A stretch of 64,000 nt of DNA, taken from an uncultured Gemmatimonadales bacterium (GTDB lineage: Bacteria > Gemmatimonadota > Gemmatimonadetes > Longimicrobiales > RSA9). This document shows positions 31,076 through 41,380 of this stretch, piece after piece. A program made the translations under genes and the position numbers. The stretch lies in contig CAVUKA010000003.1 in assembly GCA_963741945.1 (NCBI GenBank), forward strand, positions 384,001-448,000. The letters run 5' to 3'. A model generated the notes under the pieces. That model was not told the origin of the DNA and did not search any database. It saw only the letters and a program-made list of their open reading frames with translations. Positions within the stretch are counted from its first letter, which is position 1, and each line of letters starts with the position of its first letter.

Positions 31076-32740
31076 ATGGCCGACACCATTGTCCCCGCGA
31101 CCTATCAGCCCCCCCTTCCCGCGGGCCGCCTCATCCTGGAGGAGGCGCCGGACGCCAATGCGGTCCCCATGGATGTGGTATTCGTGGGCGGCGGGCCCGC
31201 GGGGCTGGCGGGCGCGATCGAGCTGGCTCGCCTCGTCGCCGAGGCGAACGAGGCGGGAAGCGGGCCGGGCGAGGTGGAGATCGCGGTGCTGGAGAAGGCA
31301 GAGAGCCTGGGGGAGCACAACCTTTCCGGCGCGGTGATCAATCCGGGCCCGTTCCACACTCTCTTCCCTGACCTGTCCGAGGACGAATTCCCGTTCCGTG
31401 GCCCGGTGGAGAACGAGCGCGTGTACGTCCTGAGCGAGGGCGGGTCGCGCCGCATCCCGGTGCCGCCGCCGATGCGGAACCACGGCAACCGGATCGCGTC
31501 GATCTCGGAAGTGGTGCGCTGGATGGGCGAGAAGGCGGAAGCGGCGGGCGTGAACCTGTTCACGGGGTTCGCGGCCGAGTCGCTGCTGGTGGAGGGGGAG
31601 CGGGTGCTGGGCGTGCGCACGGCGGCCACGGGTCTGAACCGGGACGGCGAGCCGGGGAGCGGGTACATGCCGCCCACGGACGTGCTGGCGAAAGTCACGG
31701 CGTTGTCGGAAGGGACGCGCGGGCCGCTGGCGCAGGCGTTCGTGGAGTGGCAGGAGATTCCATCCGAGAACCCGCAGATCTTCGCTCTGGGCGTCAAGGA
31801 GATCTGGGAGACGAAGAAGCCGTTGGACGCGGTGATCCACACGATGGGGTGGCCGCTCCCGAAGGATGCGTTCGGTGGCAGCTTCATGTATCCGCTGGCC
31901 CCGGACCTGGTGTCCGTCGGGCTCGTCGTCGGCCTTGACTATCACGACGCCGGACTCGACCCGCACGTCCTTTTCCAGCGCATGAAGACGCACCCGCTCT
32001 TCCGGGCATATCTCGAGGGTGGCGAGATGGTGGAGTGGGGCGCGAAGACGATCCCCGAGGGGGGATATTACGCGCTGCCGGAGCGGCGGAGCGGGAACGG
32101 GCTCGTCATCCTGGGCGATGCCGCCGGCTTTGTCGACGTTCCATCACTCAAGGGCATCCACTACGCCGTGCAGTCCGGGATCTTCGCCGCACGCGCCATT
32201 TTCGAGGCCCTCCAGGCCGACGACGCCTCCGCCGCCGCGCTGGCGCGCTATGACGAGCTGGTGAACGAGAGCTTCATCGTGAAGGACCTGCACGGCACCA
32301 GGAACATGCGGCTCGCGTTCAAGGACGGCTTCTATCGCGGCGGCGTGAAAGCCGGACTCATGACGCTCACGGGGGGGCGTCTGTTCGGCGGGAAGATCGA
32401 CATGGAAGCGGATGCCGCCGCGCCGAAGCGGACGGGGTCCCCCGAGCCGGCGTTCGCCCCCGACGGCGAGCTGACGTTCAGCAAGGTGGACGCGGTGTTC
32501 AAGTCCGGGAACCAGACGCGCGATGACATCCCGAGCCACCTGGTGGCGCCGGACCACGTCCCGCCGGAGCTGGTCGAGGTTTACGTCCACATGTGCCCCG
32601 CGGGCGTGTACGAGAAGGACGACGCGGGCAACCTCGTGATCAACGCGCCCAACTGCATCGACTGCAAGGCCACGGACGTGCTGGGGCCGCGCTGGACCCC
32701 CCGCGAAGGGGGCAGCGGCCCGAAGTACCGGACGATGTGA
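31076..32740 (+). CDS. Electron transfer flavoprotein:quinone oxidoreductase (FAD + 4Fe-4S)
   Basis: VGGGPAGL, LSGAV, GAKTIPEGG, GDAAG, KGIHYA; CPAGVYE...NCIDCKAT; PREGGSGP. Confidence 0.92.
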   Translation: MADTIVPATYQPPLPAGRLILEEAPDANAVPMDVVFVGGGPAGLAGAIELARLVAEANEAGSGPGEVEIAVLEKAESLGEHNLSGAVINPGPFHTLFPDLSEDEFPFRGPVENERVYVLSEGGSRRIPVPPPMRNHGNRIASISEVVRWMGEKAEAAGVNLFTGFAAESLLVEGERVLGVRTAATGLNRDGEPGSGYMPPTDVLAKVTALSEGTRGPLAQAFVEWQEIPSENPQIFALGVKEIWETKKPLDAVIHTMGWPLPKDAFGGSFMYPLAPDLVSVGLVVGLDYHDAGLDPHVLFQRMKTHPLFRAYLEGGEMVEWGAKTIPEGGYYALPERRSGNGLVILGDAAGFVDVPSLKGIHYAVQSGIFAARAIFEALQADDASAAALARYDELVNESFIVKDLHGTRNMRLAFKDGFYRGGVKAGLMTLTGGRLFGGKIDMEADAAAPKRTGSPEPAFAPDGELTFSKVDAVFKSGNQTRDDIPSHLVAPDHVPPELVEVYVHMCPAGVYEKDDAGNLVINAPNCIDCKATDVLGPRWTPREGGSGPKYRTM

Positions 32741-32744
32741 GCGG

Positions 32745-33729
<985 letters not shown>

Positions 33730-33737
33730 ATCGCCTC

Positions 33738-34481
33738 CTACAGGACTTTCGCTTCGTCGCGCAGCAGGCGGACCAGCTCCGGCACCGCGTCCGGGCCCTC
33801 GCCCACGATCTTCCCTTCCGGCCGAGCCGGCGGCTCGCTGTAGCTCCGCGCCTTCAGCCGAGGCGCCGGCACGTCCGCCTCCTTCTCCTCCATCGGCTTC
33901 TTCTTCGCCGCCATGATCCCCTTCAGCGACGGATAGCGCGGCTCGTACGGGCCTTTCGTGATGGTGACCACGGCGGGGAGCGCCACTTCGACCACTTCGG
34001 TGCCGCCCTCCACCTCGCGCTGGCAGACGACGGCGTCGCCGTCCTTCTCCAGCTCTGCCACGCCGGTGACGCACGGCAGCCCGAGGATCTCGGCCACCAT
34101 GGGGCCGACCTGGCCCTGATCGTCATCGGCGGCCCGGGTCCCGAACAGCATCAGGTCCGCGCCGATATCCCTCAGCTCCGCCGCCAGCGCCTTGGCCACC
34201 GACAGCCCGTCCATCGAGCCCTCACCATTCAGGCGAACGGCCCGATCCACGCCCATGGCGAGCGCAGCGCGCAGCTGCTCACCGACGGCGGCGGCGCCCA
34301 ACGACACCACCACCGTCTCGCCCTCGCCGGTCGCGTCCTTCAATCGCAGCGCCGCTTCCACCGCGAATTCGTCGTAGGGGCTCACGATGAACTTCAGTCC
34401 GCTCTGGTCCACCGAGTCCCCGCTCACCCGTATGCGCGCCTCGGTATCCGGCACGCGCTTGATGCAGATCGCCGTCTTCAA
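33738..34481 (-). CDS. etfB: Electron transfer flavoprotein beta subunit
   Basis: TTG start after a strong [24 protein letters not shown] and [10 protein letters not shown] motifs. Confidence 0.95.
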   Translation of the reverse strand: MKTAICIKRVPDTEARIRVSGDSVDQSGLKFIVSPYDEFAVEAALRLKDATGEGETVVVSLGAAAVGEQLRAALAMGVDRAVRLNGEGSMDGLSVAKALAAELRDIGADLMLFGTRAADDDQGQVGPMVAEILGLPCVTGVAELEKDGDAVVCQREVEGGTEVVEVALPAVVTITKGPYEPRYPSLKGIMAAKKKPMEEKEADVPAPRLKARSYSEPPARPEGKIVGEGPDAVPELVRLLRDEAKVL

Positions 34482-34604
34482 AGCTCCCCCTCCTTCGTCT
34501 CCGGCCTCGTCCTCGCGCCCAATGTAGACCGCACCGGTACACGAGAAAAGGCGGCCCGCGCCTCACGCGTACCGCCTCTCCTCCCACCTGCCGTGCGGTC
34601 GGGA

Positions 34605-34802
34605 TCAGATCGGCGTGGGCTCGCCGACCTCCTCCTCTTCCTTCTCCGGGCTCCACTTCTCCGGCTTCCACGCCGGCTCGGGCTCATCGGAACGCCGGGG
34701 GGCCGGCTCGTATCGCTCGGGATCTTCCTCCGGTCGCTCTTTCGCCGGCGCGCCGGGGATCGGCAGCGGTTTGTTCGGGTCGGGTCCGGGGACCGTCGCC
34801 AT
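34605..34802 (-). CDS. Small Pro/Glu-rich hypothetical protein (65 aa)
   Basis: AGGAGG RBS upstream of ATG; MATVPGPDPNKPLPIPG...EEEEVGEPTPI fills the intergenic gap. Confidence 0.6.
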   Translation of the reverse strand: MATVPGPDPNKPLPIPGAPAKERPEEDPERYEPAPRRSDEPEPAWKPEKWSPEKEEEEVGEPTPI

Positions 34803-34889
34803 ATGGAAGCCTCCTGTGATCAACAACTCGATTCCGGATTCGCTTCCATACGATGTGCACGCCGCATGCCACCCCCGACGGACCAGCCG

Positions 34890-37800
34890 TCATCCAGCGC
34901 CGATACGGTCCAGGAGGGTGCTCACCGCCGCCTCCAGCTGCCGGTCGTGCCCGCTGTGCGTCTCGCCGAGCGGTCGGCTCACGGGCACGTCCACGGGCCG
35001 CGGATTCAGCTCCATCACCTGCCCGTCATGGGCACGGATGCGCGTGCGTGGCATGCGCAGCGTTGAGCCATCGACCAGCCGCGCGCTCCAGGTGTAGATG
35101 ATCCAGCCAGCCGTGGGCTCCCCCACCACCGGCCCGAGGCCCAGCGTGCGATAGCCCTCGGTGAAGTCCTCGGCATCGGAGAGCGCGTTCATGTCCGTGA
35201 CCAGGACCGTCGGCAGTTCGAGCGACCGCTGCCCGAGCATGCTGCGGGCGGGCACGGTCGGGTAGCCGCGCATCTCCATGGTGATGTAGCCGCGACGGGC
35301 GAAGACATCGAGCGCGTAGGCATTGACGAACCCGCCCCGGTTCGCCCGCACGTCCACCACCACGCCCTCCTTCGCGAAGTTGGCCGCGTCCAGGTCCACC
35401 AGAAGCTGCTGGAGCGAGCCCCACCCCATGTCCGGCATGTGGACGTAGCCGAGCCGACCACCACTGATGGAGTCCACGAACGCCCGTCGGCCCTCCACCC
35501 AGGCGCGGTACGCCAGCGCCCCCTCCTCGGAAGTGGACACGGGCTGCACCGTCACTTCCCGCGCGTTCCTCCCCTGCCCGTCCGCCACCGTCAGCGCCAC
35601 ACGGTCGCCCACGGTGTTCTCCAGCAGCCTGTCCACGGCGACGTCGGGCCCGAGCGGAGATCCAGCAACGGCCAGGATCCGGGCACCCGGCGCGATTCCG
35701 GCCACGGCGGCGGGGCCGCGCGCCAGCGCCCGGGCCACCACGAACCTGCCATCCGCCAGCGCCTCGGGATCCCAACGGATCCCGAGGCGGCCCGTCTCCG
35801 CGTGCCCTTCCGACGGCTCGCTGTGCCCCAGGTGGCTGGCATTGAGCTCGCCCAGCATCAGGTTCATCAGCCGCTCCAGCCCCGCCGCTGTCTCCGCGGC
35901 GACCACGCGCGGGGCCCACGCCTCCCGGACGGCATTCCAGTCGGCGCCGTGCATGTCGGCATCGTAGAAATGGTCGCGCATGTACGACCACGCTTCGTCG
36001 AACACTTCCATCTTGTCCGCGTGGAAGTCCGTGGTCAGCTCCGCCGTGGCGTCGATGGAGCGCTCCTTCCCGCCTTCGAGCGTCACGGCGCGCGCGCGGC
36101 CACGATCGAGGAAATAGACGGTCTTCCCGTCCTTTCCGAACCAGGGCAGCCCCTTGTTCCCGGGCGACGACGTGAGCTGTCGCGCCACACGCGGCCCATC
36201 GGTCACGGCGTCCAGGCTCCATGCATACAGGTTCTGCTGCCCTTCCGCTTCGCCCACGAACACCAGCGTCTCGCCATCGGGCGAGATGGCGATGGAGCCG
36301 GCGCTCAGGCCGAGTGGCAGCAGCGCCAGGCGCCCGGCGATGCCGTCGAAGTCGATTTCGACAGGCGAAGCGGAAACCGCTTTCGGATCCTTCCCCGTCC
36401 GCGCCCCGTCGCCGCCCCCGCTCGCGGGCTCCTCGGGGCGGAACAGTGAATCGAACTTCGCTTCGCGGAACACGGGCACCCGCGGCAGCAGGTCCACCCG
36501 GGCGATCCGGCCATCCTCCGTCCGTTGCTGCGTGTCGAAGTACAGCGCCTTGCCGTCCGGCGACCACGCAAGGGAGCGGGCGTTGCTGTTGGCCAGCCAG
36601 CTCACCGGCCGGGCTTCGGCCGACCCGTCCGCGGGCACCACGTACACGTTGGTGAACATGTGGGCGTCCGCGGCGAGGAAGGCGAGCCAGCGCCCGTCCG
36701 GGGACCACGCCAGCGCTCGCTGGGCGCCGAATGGCGGGCTCCACAGCTGCGCCCGGGCCAGCACGCGCTCACCCCCGCCGCCAACCTCCGCCAGCACGAG
36801 CTGGGACCCGTCGCGCACGAACGCTACGCGGTCACCATCGGGCGAGAACACGGGCAATGCGTGATCCGTCCCCTCCATTGAGACGGCCCGCTCGCGGCCC
36901 GTGACGAAGTCGTAGACGTACGTCTGCATGGTGCCGCTCCGGCGCGACGTGTACGCCAGGCGACGCGAGTCCGGGGCCCACACCAGATCCGCCTCAGGCG
37001 CGACGGTCCGCGTCACCTGCCGGGCCGCGCCACCCTTTTCGGCCGAGACCGCGAACACGTCGCCGCGGGCCACGAACGCCAGCTTCGCCCCGTCCGGCGA
37101 AAGGGCCATGTCGGAGAAATCGGAGGAGAGCCGGCGCGTTTCTCTGGCCGGCCTCCGGACTTCGCCCCCCAGCTTCACGGGGACGGCCGCGGCGCGGCCG
37201 CTCGCCACGTCCGCGGTCCAGATACCGAAATCCCGCTCGAACGCCACGGTGCCACCATCCCGGGTGATGGTGGGCCAGAGCACGCGGCCGCGGTCGAAGC
37301 GCGTGACCGGCCGGGCATCGCCGCCGGACACCGGCTGCCGCCACAGGTTCTCCGCCCCCGAGCGGTCGGACATGAAAAGCACGGTGCTGCCGTCGGCGTC
37401 CCACATCGGCCACAGGCTCTTTTCGCCTTCGGCCGTGAGCCGCCGATACGACGGAGCTCCGTCTTCCTCCGGCCGCACCAGCCAGATCTCCGATTCGTCG
37501 ATGTGACTGTGACCGTGCCGCCACCACTGGGAGAACCCCATGCGCGCCCGCCCGTTCACGGCCACGGTGGCGCCGTCCGGCGACACGGCCGCGAAATACT
37601 CGGGCTGGTACTCGCTGGCGGACACCGGGACCGGTGACCCGCCAGCGGCCGGCACGCGGAACACATCCGTCATCCCGCCCACGTCCCCCACGGCGGATGT
37701 GAAGTAGAGCCACATTCCGTCGGGAGACCACGCGTCCAGCGACTCGGCACCATCGCTCCAGGTCACGCGCGTCACGGCGCCGCTCGCCAGGTCCAGGACG

Positions 37801-38153
37801 TAGACATCGTCGCTCCCGGCGCGATCGGAGACGAACGCCAGCCGGCCACCATCCGGCGAGTAGAGCGGGCGGGCCTCGTTCGCAGGGTTCGCCACCACGA
37901 GCCGGGCTTCCCCACCCCCGGCGGGGACAACCCAGATGTCGCCGCCGGCCACGAATGCGATCTCGCTGCCGTCGGGACGGATCCCGGGTTGGGAGAGCGC
38001 TGGCGCCGCCGAGTCCGCCGGGACCGGCGGGTCGGGGGCCGGGGCGAGCGCGGGTGCGCCGGGCGTCGCATCGGGCAGGGCCAGGGAGACGACAAGGGCG
38101 AGGGGGATGGTCAGCGGCTGCACTGTAGGACCCTCCGTCGGATCGGTCATCAT
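34890..38153 (-). CDS. Tricorn-like S41 peptidase (beta-propellers + PDZ + S41)
   Basis: Many SPDG/PD40 repeats, GELNASH, GYVHMPDM, DVRANRGG, SDAE and GEPTAG motifs. Confidence 0.92.
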   Translation of the reverse strand: MMTDPTEGPTVQPLTIPLALVVSLALPDATPGAPALAPAPDPPVPADSAAPALSQPGIRPDGSEIAFVAGGDIWVVPAGGGEARLVVANPANEARPLYSPDGGRLAFVSDRAGSDDVYVLDLASGAVTRVTWSDGAESLDAWSPDGMWLYFTSAVGDVGGMTDVFRVPAAGGSPVPVSASEYQPEYFAAVSPDGATVAVNGRARMGFSQWWRHGHSHIDESEIWLVRPEEDGAPSYRRLTAEGEKSLWPMWDADGSTVLFMSDRSGAENLWRQPVSGGDARPVTRFDRGRVLWPTITRDGGTVAFERDFGIWTADVASGRAAAVPVKLGGEVRRPARETRRLSSDFSDMALSPDGAKLAFVARGDVFAVSAEKGGAARQVTRTVAPEADLVWAPDSRRLAYTSRRSGTMQTYVYDFVTGRERAVSMEGTDHALPVFSPDGDRVAFVRDGSQLVLAEVGGGGERVLARAQLWSPPFGAQRALAWSPDGRWLAFLAADAHMFTNVYVVPADGSAEARPVSWLANSNARSLAWSPDGKALYFDTQQRTEDGRIARVDLLPRVPVFREAKFDSLFRPEEPASGGGDGARTGKDPKAVSASPVEIDFDGIAGRLALLPLGLSAGSIAISPDGETLVFVGEAEGQQNLYAWSLDAVTDGPRVARQLTSSPGNKGLPWFGKDGKTVYFLDRGRARAVTLEGGKERSIDATAELTTDFHADKMEVFDEAWSYMRDHFYDADMHGADWNAVREAWAPRVVAAETAAGLERLMNLMLGELNASHLGHSEPSEGHAETGRLGIRWDPEALADGRFVVARALARGPAAVAGIAPGARILAVAGSPLGPDVAVDRLLENTVGDRVALTVADGQGRNAREVTVQPVSTSEEGALAYRAWVEGRRAFVDSISGGRLGYVHMPDMGWGSLQQLLVDLDAANFAKEGVVVDVRANRGGFVNAYALDVFARRGYITMEMRGYPTVPARSMLGQRSLELPTVLVTDMNALSDAEDFTEGYRTLGLGPVVGEPTAGWIIYTWSARLVDGSTLRMPRTRIRAHDGQVMELNPRPVDVPVSRPLGETHSGHDRQLEAAVSTLLDRIGAG

Positions 38154-38218
38154 GGGGGCCGGCCGCGCACGTCAGGGCGCCGGCCGGGTCACCGTAGACC
38201 GGGGAAGCTACGCCGGCC

Positions 38219-38806
38219 TCAACGCGAGAGCCAGCGGCTCCCACGGAGCGCGAAACGGAGCGGCGCCTGCGCGGCCCGGGTGATGCCGATCCGGGGCGTC
38301 GCCACGATGGAATCCGGCGGGATGGCCGGGGCGTCGAGGACCGTGACCGGCGGGAGGTCCAGGGGGTGACCGTCCAGCGCGCCAGTGATGGCCAGCGCCT
38401 GCGTGAGGCGCCCGGGGCCGCGCGCCAGATCGCGGTCGGCGGTCCTCCGTCGCTGGCGCATCGGTCCCAGGTCGCCCACCGGCTCCAGCGCGCGGATCAG
38501 GACGGCCGCCGGGAAGCCGTCGCTGTCGGTGACCGCGTTGAGGCACCAGTGGATGCCGTAGCTGCGGTAGACGTACGCGGTCCCGGGGGCGCCGAACATC
38601 GCTTCGTTCCTGGCCGTTCGCCCGATCCGGGCCGCGGCGTGCGAGGCCGGGTCCTCGGGGCCGGTGTACGCTTCCGTCTCGACGATGCGGCCCAGCGCCT
38701 CGCCTCCGCCGAGCGTCGAGCGCAGCACTTTGCCAATGAGAAGAGGCGCCACCTCCCGCGCCGGCCTCGCGTAGAAGGCCGGCGGGAGGGGCGCCCCCAT
38801 CTCCAT
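38219..38806 (-). CDS. DNA-3-methyladenine glycosylase (MPG/AAG family)
   Basis: GRIVETEAY, YVYRSYGIHWCLN, AVLIRA, GPGRL and PRIGI motifs. Confidence 0.93.
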   Translation of the reverse strand: MEMGAPLPPAFYARPAREVAPLLIGKVLRSTLGGGEALGRIVETEAYTGPEDPASHAAARIGRTARNEAMFGAPGTAYVYRSYGIHWCLNAVTDSDGFPAAVLIRALEPVGDLGPMRQRRRTADRDLARGPGRLTQALAITGALDGHPLDLPPVTVLDAPAIPPDSIVATPRIGITRAAQAPLRFALRGSRWLSR

Positions 38807-38819
38807 CGCTCGCGTCAGC

Positions 38820-41183
38820 TCAACGACCGGTGGGCTCGCCCGCGCTCGCGCCTTCGGCCGACGTGCGCCGGCGATAGTCACGCTGCCAGGCGATCAGCAG
38901 GCCGTCCGTGCGGCGGCCGCTGCCGAGCACTTCGCGCACCCGGTCCGGTTCCGCGTGGAGCCCGTTGAAGACCCGCTCCGCACCGAACGTCCGGATCAGC
39001 GCTTCAGCCGTCTTCTGGCCCACGCCCTGGTAGCTGTTCGAGAGGTAGCGGATCACCGCACCTTCGTCCGTCGGCAGTCCCAGCTCGGCCGGATCGAAAT
39101 CCTCGCCGCCCGCCGCAGCGGGTGCCGCTTCCGAGCTGGTCTCCGCCGCCGCGCCGGCCGCCGCCGGCTCCCGCTCCGAGGATGCGCCATCGCCCGAGGG
39201 CGTCCCCCCGCCGGCCGCCGGACTCTCCGGGCCCACTTCCGGGGCTTCCGCAGGCTTCGCCGCGGGCTCCTGCGACGGCATCGCGGGCGACGATTCCTCC
39301 GCCACCTGCGCGGCCGCTCCGCCTCCAGCGCTCGCGCCCGCCCCGACGGCCTGCCCCGGCAGCAGCGGCGGCGGGCCCTCCTGGGCGCCACCACGCCTCC
39401 GCCCCCGACGACCGTATGTGCGCGGCTTGTTCGCTTCCGCGGTGTCGGCGCTCGCGGCGTTCCCGGTCTCCTCCGGCTTCCCGGTCTCCTCCGGCGCCGC
39501 CTCGGCTGCGGGCGCCTCCGCGGCCGGCCCGGCCTCTCGCTCGACCGGCTGCCGCTCGCGCCCGGCTGCTTCCGTGGCCTGTTCCTCCTGCGCGTGGCGC
39601 GCGGCTTCCGCGGCCTGCCTCTCCCGCTCTCCCTCACGCTGTCTGGTCTCCGCGGCTTTCGCCTCGGCGCGATCCCGGCGCTGGGCGGCCTCCGCTTCCC
39701 TCGCCGCCTGGTCGCGGGCCGTCTCCGCCTCAGGACGCGACCGGTCCTCGGCCGCGGGCGTGGCCTGCGTCGCGAGCTGCTCTCGCTCCGTGCCTTCCGT
39801 GCGCTCGGTCCGCTCGGTCCGCTCCCGACCGCCGCGACCACGGCCCTCCTTGCGGGACTCGAACTTCTGCGCCCCCTTCGGCAGCCTCGCCTCGTAATAG
39901 CCGTCCGGCGACTTCTGGAGGTCGATCACTTCCACATCGTGCGCCTGGCGGAGGAAGCGGCTGAACTTGGTGAAGCCCAGCGCCGACTCGTCCCACCCCG
40001 GCTCGATCTCCAGCATCTGGCGCTTGATGTCGGAGTCCCTCGCCGGCTGGTCCGGCTGCTCCACCAGCTGTCGGATGGCGTTCTGCAGCAGGTCGTAGCC
40101 GTGCTGGAGGTCCTCGGCGCGGCCCTCGTGCGTGGACGGCCGCGGCTTCGGCTTCGCCGCCTCCGAGCGCGGCGAACGGGCCTCCACACGAGGCTCCTCC
40201 CGCCGCTCTTCGCGCGGAGTCGGCTCCTGGGGCGCCTGCTCCCGGGGCGCCTGCTCCCGCGGCGCCTGCTCCCGCGGCGCCGACTCCCGCGTGCGCTCCG
40301 GCTGCCGCGCGTGCGCTTCTCCGCGCTGCTCACGGCGGCCGCGGCCGCGACGCCGTTCGTCGCTGCCGCGGCTCTCCCGCTGCTCCGTGGCGCCACGGCT
40401 CTCGCGTTCTCCGTTCTCGTACGGCTGGACCTCGTACTGTCCGTTCTCCAGCTTCCGGAGCGCCAGCCTGTTCCGGGACGCGGCCTCGGTGAGGAACTTG
40501 TTGAACTTGCTGAAGCCCAGCTCGCTCTCGTCGAAGTTGCTGTCCAGCTCGAGCATGACCTGCTTGAGACGGTCGGAGCGCATGACGTCGTTCTGCGACG
40601 CCATCTGCTCCACCGCCCGCTGCACCAGCTCCCACGGGTCCGTCTCCGACACCATGTCCTCCTCGCCCGCCCTCGTGAGGCCGGTGAGCGAGGAATAGGA
40701 GAAGTACTCGTCGCAGTTCTGGACCAGCAGGTCCGACGCGGACTCCCGCAGTCCCACGCCGATCACGTACTTGCCGTACTCCTTCAGCTTGAGAACCATG
40801 CTGCTGAAGTCCGAGTCGCCGGAGAGGAGGATGTACGTCCCGATCTCCGGGCGCGTGAACACCAGCTCCAGCGCGTCGATGGCCAGCCGGATGTCCGTGG
40901 CGTTCTTCTTCGAGCTGCCGTATGCGGGCGCGAAGATCAGGTCCACGCTGGCCTCACTCAGCGGCACGATGTACTGGGCGTAGCGCCGCCAGTCCGCATA
41001 CGCGCGCTGTACGGCCACCTTGCCCTTGATGATGTCGCTGTTGAGGAGGTCCTTCAGCTGACGGGTGAGATCACTCCGGATGCCCATCGTGACGTTGTCG
41101 AAATCGATGAGCAGCGCTGCATTCGGCGCACCCTCGGGCACGCCGGCGCCCCCACGATGGGGAGCGTTGATGAAATTGTGCAT
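38820..41183 (-). CDS. NYN (LabA/DUF88) domain protein with two LOTUS/OST-HTH domains, disordered linkers and a C-terminal helix-hairpin-helix-like domain
   Basis: IDFDN, AYADW, KNATD, SGDSDF; FDESELGFSKF and WDESALGFTKF; YQGVGQKTAEALIRTFG. Confidence 0.85.
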   Translation of the reverse strand: MHNFINAPHRGGAGVPEGAPNAALLIDFDNVTMGIRSDLTRQLKDLLNSDIIKGKVAVQRAYADWRRYAQYIVPLSEASVDLIFAPAYGSSKKNATDIRLAIDALELVFTRPEIGTYILLSGDSDFSSMVLKLKEYGKYVIGVGLRESASDLLVQNCDEYFSYSSLTGLTRAGEEDMVSETDPWELVQRAVEQMASQNDVMRSDRLKQVMLELDSNFDESELGFSKFNKFLTEAASRNRLALRKLENGQYEVQPYENGERESRGATEQRESRGSDERRRGRGRREQRGEAHARQPERTRESAPREQAPREQAPREQAPQEPTPREERREEPRVEARSPRSEAAKPKPRPSTHEGRAEDLQHGYDLLQNAIRQLVEQPDQPARDSDIKRQMLEIEPGWDESALGFTKFSRFLRQAHDVEVIDLQKSPDGYYEARLPKGAQKFESRKEGRGRGGRERTERTERTEGTEREQLATQATPAAEDRSRPEAETARDQAAREAEAAQRRDRAEAKAAETRQREGERERQAAEAARHAQEEQATEAAGRERQPVEREAGPAAEAPAAEAAPEETGKPEETGNAASADTAEANKPRTYGRRGRRRGGAQEGPPPLLPGQAVGAGASAGGGAAAQVAEESSPAMPSQEPAAKPAEAPEVGPESPAAGGGTPSGDGASSEREPAAAGAAAETSSEAAPAAAGGEDFDPAELGLPTDEGAVIRYLSNSYQGVGQKTAEALIRTFGAERVFNGLHAEPDRVREVLGSGRRTDGLLIAWQRDYRRRTSAEGASAGEPTGR

Positions 41184-41380
41184 TTCCTCGCGTTAACCTT
41201 CCGTTCGTTGTTTTCCAGCGCGAGGCCCCTCATTGCCGCCGGCCACATGTGCGGCGCCGGGGTCGGGCGACGAGTGTCGGCCGACAGCCGGACCACGGCA
41301 CATGGCATCCGGACAACCGAGGAGTCCCGCAACAACGAGCCCCGGAGCCTCCTGGCTCGGGGACCCGTTCCGATAGGGTC

